A program made the translations under genes and the position numbers. From a virus (lineage: Duplodnaviria; Caudoviricetes): 38,351 bases of DNA. The first letter of the stretch is position 1; the number at the start of each line of letters is the position of its first letter. The stretch is from positions 1 through 38,351 of IMG/VR virus record IMGVR_UViG_3300025674_000132. One strand, 5' to 3'. Below, in pieces: positions 16,135 through 24,952 of this stretch. The notes under the pieces were generated by a model. That model was not told the origin of the DNA and did not search any database. It saw only the letters and a program-made list of their open reading frames with translations.

Positions 16135-17486
16135 GTTGGTAACTCCATTGCTGTTTTGGGTTTATATGCTGTTTTTTCTTGATAAGCCTTGCCTAGCTGC
16201 TTGGCTGTAAACTCTTTTACGTTCGCAATCATTTCTTTTGCAATTGCGTTGTGTTGCTGTTCTTTTTTCTTAATGTTTGCAACAACAGCGCCTTCGCTAT
16301 CAGCGCTTACAATGTGAATGTGTACTTGTTGCGTTTGACCGAAACGCCAACAGCGTCGAACGGCCTGATAGTATTGCTCAAATGAATCTGACAATCCAGT
16401 GAAAATCATGTGATTGCACTTTTGCCAGTTCATTCCGAATCCTGCAATTTTAGGCTTAGTAATTAGCTTTTGAACGCTACAATCTGAAAAGCCTAGCAGC
16501 GCAGCGGTTTTATGTTCGGGTTTTTGTGACCCCATAACTTCAACTGAATCATTGATCAGCTCTTTTAACATCGCGCTCTCATCGTTAAGGTGGCACCATA
16601 TCAAGCATTGGCCATCAATACTGTTAGCAATTTCGGCGGACTTTTTGCATCGTGCTTCAACCGTATGCCTGCGTGCTTGATTGCGCTCAGTTAATGATTG
16701 AGCGATCCAAGGGAGCAGGCCATCCGTTAAACCAGACTCAATAACGTGCTCATGGATCACAACATGCGGCAAGTCGTAGCCAGTAGAATCGTAGCCATAA
16801 TCGCCAGGGTTGCGAATTACAACAGACCATGTTGAAAGCCATTCATAAAACTTATCACGCCCATGACCTTTCAAACGCCACTTTGAAGTATCGCCGCCAT
16901 CATGTATAAAAAACATAGCTAACATTTCTTCATGCGTCATAATGCCTAAAAATTCCGCCTGCGTTCCGAACTCCATTAAATCATTAGGCGATGGTGTAGC
17001 AGTACAGCTTAAACGATATGGCGTGCTTTTAAATGAGTCTGTAATCATGCGACGCATCTTGCCATCAAAACCTTTCAAGATGCTGGATTCATCTAACACA
17101 ACGCCGACAAATTGAGAGCAGTCTATATTTTTTAATTGCTCATAATTAATGATATAAATGCCAGGGCCGAATACATCGCCTTGTAGCTTTTCAACTTTTA
17201 TATTAAATTTCGCGCCTTCGTTGATAGTTTGCTCAGAAACCGCCAACGGCGCCAAAACTAAGACCGGCTTTTGTGTTTTTATCGTGACTTGCTCCGCCCA
17301 TGATAATTGCATATAAGTTTTACCTAAACCAGTATCTGCAAAAACCGCAGCCTTTCCACGATTGCAGCCCCAACGAACTATATCACTTTGAAAGTCCTTG
17401 AGCGCATAACCTGACAGATCAGGATTAAAGCCGCTTGAAACTGGCTTAAACTCTTTTGTTGTTAAAAAATCGTTATATGTTTGCAT
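16125..17486 (-). CDS. SNF2-like helicase/ATPase coupled to the methylase
   Basis: DTGLGKT, LDESS, TATPSPND, GFGMNWQ, QAVRRCWRFGQ; 10-nt overlap with the methylase. Confidence 0.88.
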   Translation of the reverse strand: MQTYNDFLTTKEFKPVSSGFNPDLSGYALKDFQSDIVRWGCNRGKAAVFADTGLGKTYMQLSWAEQVTIKTQKPVLVLAPLAVSEQTINEGAKFNIKVEKLQGDVFGPGIYIINYEQLKNIDCSQFVGVVLDESSILKGFDGKMRRMITDSFKSTPYRLSCTATPSPNDLMEFGTQAEFLGIMTHEEMLAMFFIHDGGDTSKWRLKGHGRDKFYEWLSTWSVVIRNPGDYGYDSTGYDLPHVVIHEHVIESGLTDGLLPWIAQSLTERNQARRHTVEARCKKSAEIANSIDGQCLIWCHLNDESAMLKELINDSVEVMGSQKPEHKTAALLGFSDCSVQKLITKPKIAGFGMNWQKCNHMIFTGLSDSFEQYYQAVRRCWRFGQTQQVHIHIVSADSEGAVVANIKKKEQQHNAIAKEMIANVKEFTAKQLGKAYQEKTAYKPKTAMELPTWI

Positions 17487-17727
17487 AAGTCATCCTATGC
17501 CGTATTTTATAAATTGTATGCGGGTGTACGTTGTACTTTTCCGCTTGCTGTTTATCTGTTAGCCCTTGCCGGTTTTCGCGGATAGCTATAACAGTTTCTT
17601 TGTCAAATTTTCTATTTTTTTTGCTTGCAAATTCATGAGCACGAATAAGATATTCGTGCCTTGAAATATGCCTGTAGCTTGCTTGCATGTTTGACCGGCG
17701 GAAATCCGCTTTATCCCAATGATTCAC
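17473..17727 (-). CDS. Small HTH DNA-binding protein
   Basis: V.AIRE...GLTDKQQAEKYNVHPHTIYKIR.R.TY. Confidence 0.7.
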   Translation of the reverse strand: MNHWDKADFRRSNMQASYRHISRHEYLIRAHEFASKKNRKFDKETVIAIRENRQGLTDKQQAEKYNVHPHTIYKIRHRMTYANI

Positions 17728-18057
17728 TTAATCGAGTCCCATCAATAAATTATTGATATAATTAATTTCATCCCTTAACCTAAACTTTGCGCCGCAATCC
17801 ATCTCAATCGTGCAGCCCGTATTATCCGCGCCAAGGTGTACATGATCCCCTTCCCATACATATTTGATGTTTTTAGTGTTGATGAGTACCGGGCCAATAG
17901 TTACATCCTCAACTAAGCTTTTTACAGCCACTGGATTAACCTGAATAAACCGACCGTTACGAGCTTTGTAGCTAGCATCGGTAATGTCATTTTTAGCACT
18001 CTCGATTGCTAGCACGCATAGGTCTAAGCTGAATGAGATATCTTCAAGTTCACTCAT
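17728..18057 (-). CDS. Hypothetical protein; C-terminus weakly FlbD-like
   Basis: FIQV....VLIN...I..V......CTI.M..G....L.D pattern, by eye only. Confidence 0.6.
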   Translation of the reverse strand: MSELEDISFSLDLCVLAIESAKNDITDASYKARNGRFIQVNPVAVKSLVEDVTIGPVLINTKNIKYVWEGDHVHLGADNTGCTIEMDCGAKFRLRDEINYINNLLMGLD

Positions 18058-18059
18058 AA

Positions 18060-18284
18060 TTATTTCACCACTCTCATAGTTGATTTCTCAAACGCTCGGA
18101 TAGTGCTATCAAGCGCTCGTATTTTTTCGTTAATTACCATATAGCCCGGTGCTAATTCCGGCCTGCTAGCGTCTAATATTTGATCCAAAGACCTTAAAAG
18201 CTCTTCCTTCAAATCTACACAGTATTTGTAATGCTTTCTCATTTCTCGCTGATCACTCATAAAACTCATTCTCCGCAGCTTCAA
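18060..18284 (-). CDS. Hypothetical helical protein
   Basis: In-operon ORF; start uncertain. Confidence 0.6.
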   Translation of the reverse strand: MKLRRMSFMSDQREMRKHYKYCVDLKEELLRSLDQILDASRPELAPGYMVINEKIRALDSTIRAFEKSTMRVVK

Positions 18285-18438
18285 TTAACTCTTCGTAATC
18301 ATAGATTTCACCTGCCACATATAGAGAAGCCAATGGAATGCCTTTTAAATAGTTTAAAATACCTATTAACGCCTCTCGCTTAGCTTCTAGCATGGCTAAG
18401 GAATCCATACCATCTAAATCTAAGTTATCCATATCCAT
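18253..18438 (-). CDS. Small acidic hypothetical protein (61 aa)
   Basis: Starts immediately after the exonuclease stop; D/E-rich. Confidence 0.6.
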   Translation of the reverse strand: MDMDNLDLDGMDSLAMLEAKREALIGILNYLKGIPLASLYVAGEIYDYEELIEAAENEFYE

Positions 18439-19245
18439 TCACTTAACCACCCAGCTTGTCGAAGGCTTGCCCATGTAAGCCGTGGTATCAAGATCCGGCA
18501 AATGATCCTTAACTATTTTCGAATAGCTAACCGAGCCTTTACGCTCGACCGGATAAACAGACACATCACCGAAGCTACGCTTTACGCCATTGGCGATCTT
18601 GATCAGCTTTTCCTTATGCTCTTCAAGCGCCGCTTTTGCATCGTCGTGCGCTTGCTTTAAGCGCCTGTATTCGGCTGCCAGCAATTCATCATCGTTGAGA
18701 TTTAATCGTCGCTCTGCAACTTCGTTCAAGAAGTCGTAAAGCTTTGGAAGATTTTCTTTTCCCCAGTCGGGGTCAAAATCTACAATCTCTAGCTGTGATG
18801 CGAACCTGTTCCATTGAAAAAAATAGCACTTGCTTCGCTCAGTACATAGCATTTCAATTTGAACCTGAGCGTAATAATGCGGTTGGTCGTGTATGCTTTT
18901 GAACAGCGGGTTTTCATCATCCCGCAAACCAAACGGGCATTTAATCTCAATGACCGCGTCCTTGCTATCGATATAGCCATCGGGGGTGCAGCCAAGCCAT
19001 TTAAGATGTGGATCAATAACAAATTCATCATTGCTAAGGCGTGCGTCGGGCTGCATCAATTGCAGATCCGCGAAGGCGTGTTCTTCGTGGAACTTGCCAT
19101 AATCGGTTGCAGCGTTACCTTCAAAGCTGGATCCATAGATCCAATCTCTTATTACTTGCTCACGGGTTTTCCAGGGGCAGAGACCGAGTATGGCCCCCGC
19201 CTGTGATCCTGTAACCCGCCCTTTACGTTCAGCGGATAAAGTCAT
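18439..19245 (-). CDS. YqaJ / lambda-exonuclease-family nuclease
   Basis: R.GRVTGS, G..HE, LGCTPDG, IEIKCP and YYAQVQIEM motifs. Confidence 0.93.
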   Translation of the reverse strand: MTLSAERKGRVTGSQAGAILGLCPWKTREQVIRDWIYGSSFEGNAATDYGKFHEEHAFADLQLMQPDARLSNDEFVIDPHLKWLGCTPDGYIDSKDAVIEIKCPFGLRDDENPLFKSIHDQPHYYAQVQIEMLCTERSKCYFFQWNRFASQLEIVDFDPDWGKENLPKLYDFLNEVAERRLNLNDDELLAAEYRRLKQAHDDAKAALEEHKEKLIKIANGVKRSFGDVSVYPVERKGSVSYSKIVKDHLPDLDTTAYMGKPSTSWVVK

Positions 19246-19724
19246 TAGAATGGCATCCCTTTGTCAAGATCAAGCGTGGAAGCTATCGGCGCAACTTTTT
19301 GAACCCAATTGCCCTTGCGGTCGTTATATTCCCAGATATCTACTTTTATAATCATCGGCTTATTAACCAGTGCCGCCTGCAGTGCGTTATCGTCCGGCTC
19401 TGCACCGGATGCCATCAATTTTCCCCCAGCGTTTGCGTCAATGGCCGCAAGCATACGGAGCGCTTTGTCGCGTTTTTTAGGGTCGTTATCACGAACGCGC
19501 ACTTTCTGAAAGACTTTTCGATTTTCGAATTCGCCTTCAAGCACTGACCACGTTAGATTTATGAAGAAATCGCTTTCATAATCTTCCCAGGCCGCATCAT
19601 CAATGCAGGCCTTCAATTGCGTGCCAGCTGGAATAAGTTCAAAATCTCCGCCACTGCTATCAAAGGTTCCAGCTTTTTCTTCGTTCGTTATTTGCGTGTT
19701 GTCTGATAAGTTCCAGAATGACAT
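19245..19724 (-). CDS. ssDNA-binding protein, DUF669-like
   Basis: FELIPAGT, L.WSVL.GEFENRKVFQ, acidic tail ending PF; lies between Sak4 and the exonuclease. Confidence 0.8.
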   Translation of the reverse strand: MSFWNLSDNTQITNEEKAGTFDSSGGDFELIPAGTQLKACIDDAAWEDYESDFFINLTWSVLEGEFENRKVFQKVRVRDNDPKKRDKALRMLAAIDANAGGKLMASGAEPDDNALQAALVNKPMIIKVDIWEYNDRKGNWVQKVAPIASTLDLDKGMPF

Positions 19725-20479
19725 TATTTAGCTCCTCGGTTAAAAAATTTGATTAGTGGGTTTTTATTAATTTCTACGGGTAAATCCTTAGTTATTCCAT
19801 AACGGTTTTTACTGACATTAGCTGCCGTGGCATAGGTTACTAAGACTCTGCCCCCGGTTGATATGGCTTTCTTGCGTTCGCCATCCCCCTTGGTAAACGT
19901 TTCCAGTTTCAGGAAGCCCACCACGTCACTATCATCGACATAAGGCGCTACGCTTTTTTTACCAAGTCGTAAACTGTAACGGCTGTATGGATCCGAGTCG
20001 GGCAGCTCTATTGTTTCAGTGTCAGCGTGCGCCACGAACACTACTGCCATACCTTTATCGTTGAGCGCTCCGCACGCTTTCCTGACTCTCTGGTGTAATG
20101 TGGCAACCGCAGACAATCCAGCGCCATAGCCGCCCATAGCTTGGTTGATACTTTTTGGGGCCTTCGGATCCGAGTCTATAACGTGCTGAATGAACAGCCG
20201 CTCTAGCGCTGTTACGCTATCAACAATAACGGTGCGATATTCATGTGTTTCTTGGATCAGTGTCGCCAGTTGGTCCCACAAATTATCGACAGTTCGCACC
20301 ACTGGAAAAGCATCGGGGCGCATATCCATTGGAATAGCTTGCAAGCCATCTTCCGCACGAATAACTATGGCTTTCGGAAAGGTCGCGGCGAGCGTTGTTT
20401 TACCCGTCCCGCTATCACCGCAGATGGTGACGACAGGTGCCCGGTCTGCGGGCTTTGAGATAGAGCTTAATAATGACAT
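19724..20479 (-). CDS. Sak4-like AAA_24 ATPase (ssDNA-annealing recombinase)
   Basis: GDSGTGKTT, TVIVDSVTALE, FVAH, SKNRYG; ATG 20479 follows AAGGAG (the ORF-track extension covers the promoter). Confidence 0.88.
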   Translation of the reverse strand: MSLLSSISKPADRAPVVTICGDSGTGKTTLAATFPKAIVIRAEDGLQAIPMDMRPDAFPVVRTVDNLWDQLATLIQETHEYRTVIVDSVTALERLFIQHVIDSDPKAPKSINQAMGGYGAGLSAVATLHQRVRKACGALNDKGMAVVFVAHADTETIELPDSDPYSRYSLRLGKKSVAPYVDDSDVVGFLKLETFTKGDGERKKAISTGGRVLVTYATAANVSKNRYGITKDLPVEINKNPLIKFFNRGAK

Positions 20480-20521
20480 TTCTGTCTCCTTTGTTTTCTC
20501 TTTTTTCTCTACGCGGTTTGA

Positions 20522-20551
20522 AATATAGCGGGGTTTTGTTATTATTGTCAA
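20522..20551 (-). promoter_or_regulatory. Leftward sigma70-like promoter for the recombination/replication operon
   Basis: Minus strand TTGACA-18nt-TATATT. Confidence 0.65.
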
Positions 20552-20585
20552 CACAAACGAGAAAATATTTTCAGGAATGTTAATC

Positions 20586-20756
20586 ATGCTCACATTAAAA
20601 GAGATACGAAAACGATTAGAAGATAGAAACTTAACAGTAATATCAGAGCGAACCGGCGTGAGCTATCAAACGCTCTGGCGCATCACAAAAACAAACAGCA
20701 CGCCAAACGCGGCGACGGCGGAAAAACTTAGTAAATACCTGGAGAATAATAAATGA
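20586..20756 (+). CDS. Small Cro/XRE-like HTH protein (56 aa); absent from the ORF track
   Basis: MLTLKEIRKRLEDRNLTVISERTGVSYQTLWRITKTNSTPNAATAEKLSKYLENNK; AGGA RBS; ATGA overlap with the primase. Confidence 0.85.
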   Translation: MLTLKEIRKRLEDRNLTVISERTGVSYQTLWRITKTNSTPNAATAEKLSKYLENNK

Positions 20757-23008
20757 TTGATACCTATCAAGATTACTTAGAGGCCGGTTTTAAAATTTTC
20801 GGCTTGCACACTGTAAAAAACGGCCTTTGTACGTGCGAAAACCCTGATTGTAATGCGCTGTATAAACACCCAAAAATAAGGCGCTGGCAATGCACTCCTG
20901 ATTGGTCACAGGAGCAATTAGATTGCATGGAAATGAAGGGCGATTTTGATACAGGTTTCGGCGTGCTCCTTGATAAATGGCTCGTGATTGATATCGACCC
21001 CAGGAACGGCGGCGCTGAATCATACGAAAAGCTATGTAAAGACACCGGACTCGACTTCAAAGCAGAATCGGGGTTCGTGGTCTATACCGGCGGCGGCGGC
21101 TGGCACATCTACTACACCCGCCCAAACGGTGACGCGCTTGTGTCTAAGCTAAACGGTTACCCAGGCATTGACTTCAAAAGTTCAGGTTTCGTCGTAGGGG
21201 CGGATTCGCTCCATGTTAGCGGCAACACTTATGAAATCGAAAAAGGCGCGCCTAGCGACGTTTCCGATCCTCCTGCGCTACTGATTGACTTGCTCAGAAA
21301 AAAAGAGAGTCACCGAGCCACTGTTAATGGATCTCCGGTCGATGTTTCAGACTCAGAAATTGCAGAAATGCTCAACTACCTAGATCCAGACTGCGATTAT
21401 GATACTTGGGTTAAAATCGGCATGTCAGTACACCACGCCTCAGGCGGCACAGGGTTTAGTCAGTGGCTCGATTGGAGCGCCAAGGGGTCAAAATATCCCG
21501 GCCCCGACAAACTAGAGCGCCATTGGCATTCGTTCGGAAAAAGCGCGAACCCCGCAACGCTCGGCACGCTTGTGTACTACGCGGAGCAGGCTGGGTACAG
21601 GCTGCCGGTCACGTTTGAAGCCGTGATACCTAAAGATGAAAGCATGCTTAGTGATTGCAGCGAAATAGACCTGAACCGGCCCCCAGGTTTCGTGGGTCGA
21701 GTAGCGGAGTGGGTGCGTAGCAACTCAGACAAGCGCACCGATTCGCTAGCTTGCGCCAGTGCTTTAGCTATCGTGAGTAATGCCGCCAGCCTTACATATA
21801 CTAGCGATGATTTAAGGCCGGTCTACGGCAATCTATTTTGTTTTTGCGTTGCAGGATCAGGAGCTGGAAAACAGGAAATGATGAACAGCGTCGCTAAGGC
21901 CATGACTTCCATCGGGTATATACGGGCAACTGCAGGCGGTAACTTTAAGAGTGAGCAGGCGATTGTGCGCTCAATGCTACGCAATCAGCTCGTGATCTAT
22001 CTGATTGATGAAATCGGTCTGGAGCTTACGAAAGTCACGGGCAAAAACAGCGCGGACTATATGCAAGGGATCACTAAAAACCTCATGAGCGCGTTTAGCG
22101 CCAGCGACGGGCGTTTTGGCGTTGAGCAAGAAGTTATAGAAGAGGCGCTTAAAAAACTCAACTCAGAGATAGCAGGCCAACAAAAACTTATCGACGAAAA
22201 CGAAGGCGGGAGCCAGGAGGTTATCGAGTCACTCGGGCGCGTCCGTGAATCGCTTAAACACAACAATGGAATCATGTACCCGTTTGTTTCGATTACAGGC
22301 TACACCACCCCCGAGACTTTCAACCACTTGGTCAGTGGCCACAATGTAAAGCAGGGTTTTTTTACCCGGTCGCTGATTTTTCGTGAAAAGGAAACCGTTC
22401 CGGATTACGACGAGTCGTTTACGGGTGCCACCGAGCTTCCCGACGATTTGAAAATGATACTAATGGGCCTCGCTGCGAGCGGTACGAGCGACGATAAACG
22501 ACTAGAGAACCTAGCGCCACGGAAACAGATACCCACGGCAGACAGCGCCAAGAAATTGCTCCAGGGAGTTAAGCGCACTTTTCATAAACAAGCTAAAAAC
22601 GCTAAAAGCGTGGGCCTGGAATCCATCTATACCCGAGCTTTTGAATTAACTCTCAAAGTATCGTTTGTGCTCGCAGTGGCTGAGGGTTTACGCACAATTG
22701 AACATGTTAAATGGGCCTATGCGCTGGTTGATCGTGATATCAAAGAGAAGATGAACCTTGCAGCTGCGAACATTGCTGAGGAAATAGAGGAGAACGATGA
22801 AGCGCTTTGCCGCCGAATACTTGACCAACTCGACAAAAAAGAGGGCGCACAGTTAACCACTGGTGTAATTGTAAACAGGTGCCGCAACAAAAAATTCAAG
22901 GAGCCAGAGATCAAAAAAGCGTTAGAACACTTACAAAACCAAGGGTTAATCCAGGGGGATAGTGTAAAAAGTAAGCGCGGGGAAACTATCCGCTGGTTTA
23001 AAATATGA
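20753..23008 (+). CDS. Prim-Pol primase with PriCT-2 and C-terminal P-loop helicase (DUF3987-like)
   Basis: C.C...C...KHP, VIDIDPRNGG, TGGGG.HIY, YDTWVKIGM..H, AGSGAGK, YLIDEIG and a C-terminal winged-helix-like region. Confidence 0.9.
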   Translation: MIDTYQDYLEAGFKIFGLHTVKNGLCTCENPDCNALYKHPKIRRWQCTPDWSQEQLDCMEMKGDFDTGFGVLLDKWLVIDIDPRNGGAESYEKLCKDTGLDFKAESGFVVYTGGGGWHIYYTRPNGDALVSKLNGYPGIDFKSSGFVVGADSLHVSGNTYEIEKGAPSDVSDPPALLIDLLRKKESHRATVNGSPVDVSDSEIAEMLNYLDPDCDYDTWVKIGMSVHHASGGTGFSQWLDWSAKGSKYPGPDKLERHWHSFGKSANPATLGTLVYYAEQAGYRLPVTFEAVIPKDESMLSDCSEIDLNRPPGFVGRVAEWVRSNSDKRTDSLACASALAIVSNAASLTYTSDDLRPVYGNLFCFCVAGSGAGKQEMMNSVAKAMTSIGYIRATAGGNFKSEQAIVRSMLRNQLVIYLIDEIGLELTKVTGKNSADYMQGITKNLMSAFSASDGRFGVEQEVIEEALKKLNSEIAGQQKLIDENEGGSQEVIESLGRVRESLKHNNGIMYPFVSITGYTTPETFNHLVSGHNVKQGFFTRSLIFREKETVPDYDESFTGATELPDDLKMILMGLAASGTSDDKRLENLAPRKQIPTADSAKKLLQGVKRTFHKQAKNAKSVGLESIYTRAFELTLKVSFVLAVAEGLRTIEHVKWAYALVDRDIKEKMNLAAANIAEEIEENDEALCRRILDQLDKKEGAQLTTGVIVNRCRNKKFKEPEIKKALEHLQNQGLIQGDSVKSKRGETIRWFKI

Positions 23009-23300
23009 ATATGAGTTTTAAAATATGAAAACGCGTTTTTTTGCAGGCCACGTACGGCGCGGCATGTATCGTTTTTTGTTTTAAAATACAAAAATACAGA
23101 AAAATTAAATTACAAATATAAAAATAAACAAATATAGAAATACCTATAGATCAAAAAGTGATCAAGAGACCCCTAAGAGAGATATATATAAAAAGATATT
23201 AATAATATCTCTTATAGGGCCATATTTTTGTATTTTTAGGAATGGCGCGGGCTGCATCCTGTATTTTAAAAAAATATTTTTAATATTCTTGTATTTTATA
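23009..23300. other. Putative replication origin
   Basis: Non-coding and very AT-rich, directly after the primase-helicase; AAAATA(C/T) repeats on the left mirrored by TGTATTTT x3 on the right; central TAAGAGAGATAT/ATATCTCTTA dyad; two GC islands. Confidence 0.65.
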
Positions 23301-23310
23301 AACGAAAAGC

Positions 23311-23338
23311 TTTACAAGAAAAGATAAATCATTATAAT
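23311..23338 (+). promoter_or_regulatory. Rightward early sigma70-like promoter
   Basis: TTTACA-16nt-TATAAT with AT-rich upstream sequence, followed by a CA-rich leader. Confidence 0.7.
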
Positions 23339-23373
23339 TCTAATCATCGAAACACAACAACGAAGCAACGAGG

Positions 23374-23601
23374 ATGATAAAGATGGCTATTAACTTAGAA
23401 GTAATTGCAAAAACAGCAAAAGAGCACGCCGCATTAATGCAGGCCCCACTAAGCAAAATGGCCGTATGGCACGCGATTGATCAGCATATTGATGAACTGG
23501 AAAAAGAAATCGGATGCTCGGATCGCTTAAAAACAGTTGAAGATAAGAAAGCGATTAGGGCTTTGAGAAAAGAAATCACAGAAAAAATTCTTAGCGAATA
23601 A
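23374..23601 (+). CDS. Early hypothetical protein
   Basis: First ORF after the promoter; GAGGA RBS spacing favours ATG 23383. Confidence 0.75.
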   Translation: MIKMAINLEVIAKTAKEHAALMQAPLSKMAVWHAIDQHIDELEKEIGCSDRLKTVEDKKAIRALRKEITEKILSE

Positions 23602-23607
23602 CAATCA

Positions 23608-23625
23608 GCCCCGTTACGACGGGGC
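23608..23625 (+). other. Intergenic GC hairpin (no U tract)
   Basis: GCCCCGT-TACG-ACGGGGC; a related hairpin lies at 23868-23886. Confidence 0.6.
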
Positions 23626-23651
23626 GCAACACAACAACGAGGATAGCAACG

Positions 23652-23858
23652 ATGAACAACGATAAAGCATTCAAAGAATTTATGGGTCGTAAAGTTGAAA
23701 TTGATAACGCTTTAAAAAGATTGCAGGCGCTTAGTGACAATCACTTCAACGCTCACCCCGACGAAATCAACTGGGCGGATGTTGGCGAACTAGGCCGCTA
23801 CGCTGAACTCCTCAAACAAATTACCGATTCAGCCTTTAAAGAAGGCGAGCACGCATAA
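23652..23858 (+). CDS. Early hypothetical protein (68 aa)
   Basis: GAGGA RBS; EID..L.RLQALSD.HFN.HPDEINW..VG.L pattern resembles a small prophage protein family (recalled, not searched). Confidence 0.85.
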   Translation: MNNDKAFKEFMGRKVEIDNALKRLQALSDNHFNAHPDEINWADVGELGRYAELLKQITDSAFKEGEHA

Positions 23859-23905
23859 CAACTAAAACCCTATCGCAACGGTGGGGCGTAACACTGGAGA
23901 CAACA

Positions 23906-24256
23906 ATGAACCTTAAACTTAAACCGCTAGATACACTTCTAGCAGAACATACCTACGAGCAAGCAGGGCGCTTGCTCGGATTATCTAAGCAAAATCTTAA
24001 TTGCAGGTTGAACGGCAAGAAACCACAGTTCATCGATGAGCAGAACAGGATTTGGATTCTGTCTCATGAGCCGCCCACTGAAGTACCGGCACCAGAAGAA
24101 ACAAAAATTCAGCGCGAACAAAGACGCGTTGAGCATATCTTTAATATGGCGCGTGAGTGCGCTACTTACGCAGAATTCCGAGAAGATCGACAGACTCAGT
24201 ACCAGCAGGCGCGTGAGCGAGGTCTTTTACCGATGGTTAAGGGGGTGTTCGAATGA
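23906..24256 (+). CDS. Early protein with N-terminal HTH-like motif
   Basis: TYEQAGRLLGLSKQNLNCRL; GGAG RBS. Confidence 0.75.
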   Translation: MNLKLKPLDTLLAEHTYEQAGRLLGLSKQNLNCRLNGKKPQFIDEQNRIWILSHEPPTEVPAPEETKIQREQRRVEHIFNMARECATYAEFREDRQTQYQQARERGLLPMVKGVFE

Positions 24257-24324
24257 TGATGGGCGATTGGTTAGTATTAATCTTCTTTGTTTTAGTTTAT
24301 AGGGTTTTGCGAGGTGATTTATGA
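24253..24324 (+). CDS. Putative 23-aa single-TM micropeptide
   Basis: MMMGDWLVLIFFVLVYRVLRGDL; ATGA overlaps at both ends. Confidence 0.45.
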   Translation: MMMGDWLVLIFFVLVYRVLRGDL

Positions 24325-24797
24325 AAATACTAATATGCGGCCACGGTGGCCACGGTAAAACGACGTTAGCCCGACACCTAGGGCTACCCTATACCGACTC
24401 TACAAAAATCGCCATGGAGTCGATTGTATGGCCCTCATGGGGTCTTATGGAGTACGACACTATGAGGGAGTGTCACGAGGATCGACGCAACCAACGCGCC
24501 AGGTGGCAACGAACCATTGCAGAGTTCAATCATAAGGATAAAGCGCGGTTCGGTAGGCTGGTGTTCGGGTACTGCAACATTTACGCGGGTTGCCGTGATC
24601 AATGCGAGTTTAATGCGATGAAAGCGGCGGGAGTGTTCGATGTTAGCGTATTCGTGGACGCTAGCGAGCGGCTACCGCTGGAACAGGGCATGACTGTGAC
24701 GCCGGATATGTGCGACATCGTTGTACAGAATAACGGCACGCTAAAAGAATTTATGAAAAAAATTGACGTGCTACGTGAGGTGTTCCATACTATCTGA
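24321..24797 (+). CDS. P-loop kinase, deoxynucleoside-monophosphate-kinase-like
   Basis: ILICGHGGHGKTT Walker A; G.R...EF and DIVVQNNGTL motifs; GAGGT RBS. Confidence 0.8.
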   Translation: MKILICGHGGHGKTTLARHLGLPYTDSTKIAMESIVWPSWGLMEYDTMRECHEDRRNQRARWQRTIAEFNHKDKARFGRLVFGYCNIYAGCRDQCEFNAMKAAGVFDVSVFVDASERLPLEQGMTVTPDMCDIVVQNNGTLKEFMKKIDVLREVFHTI

Positions 24798-24827
24798 ATA
24801 TCCTCCATTGTTGTTGTACTTTCCTAT

Positions 24828-24858
24828 AGCCGGTTATCTGAATCTCCGGCTTTTTTTT
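24828..24858 (+). terminator. Rho-independent terminator ending the early rightward unit
   Basis: AGCCGG-12nt-CCGGCT followed by a T run. Confidence 0.8.
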
Positions 24859-24952
24859 GTCTTGCGTTTAGTTTACAATGATGGTATAGGAGTATAAAAC
24901 TTATGTCTGTGATTTTTTCTGTTATTAAAAACGTACTAACGGTGGTGATCTA

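Noticed and set aside
15163-17486. DISARM/BREX or restriction-modification defence system
   Set aside because: No cognate nuclease or other system components; the pair sits in the phage replication operon.
23599-23905. Integron attC sites
   Set aside because: The TAAC start is suggestive, but there is no GTTRRRY end box and no integrase.
24599-24808. Minus-strand 69-aa ORF
   Set aside because: Antisense to the kinase; the GGAGGA lies downstream of its ATG, so it cannot be its RBS.
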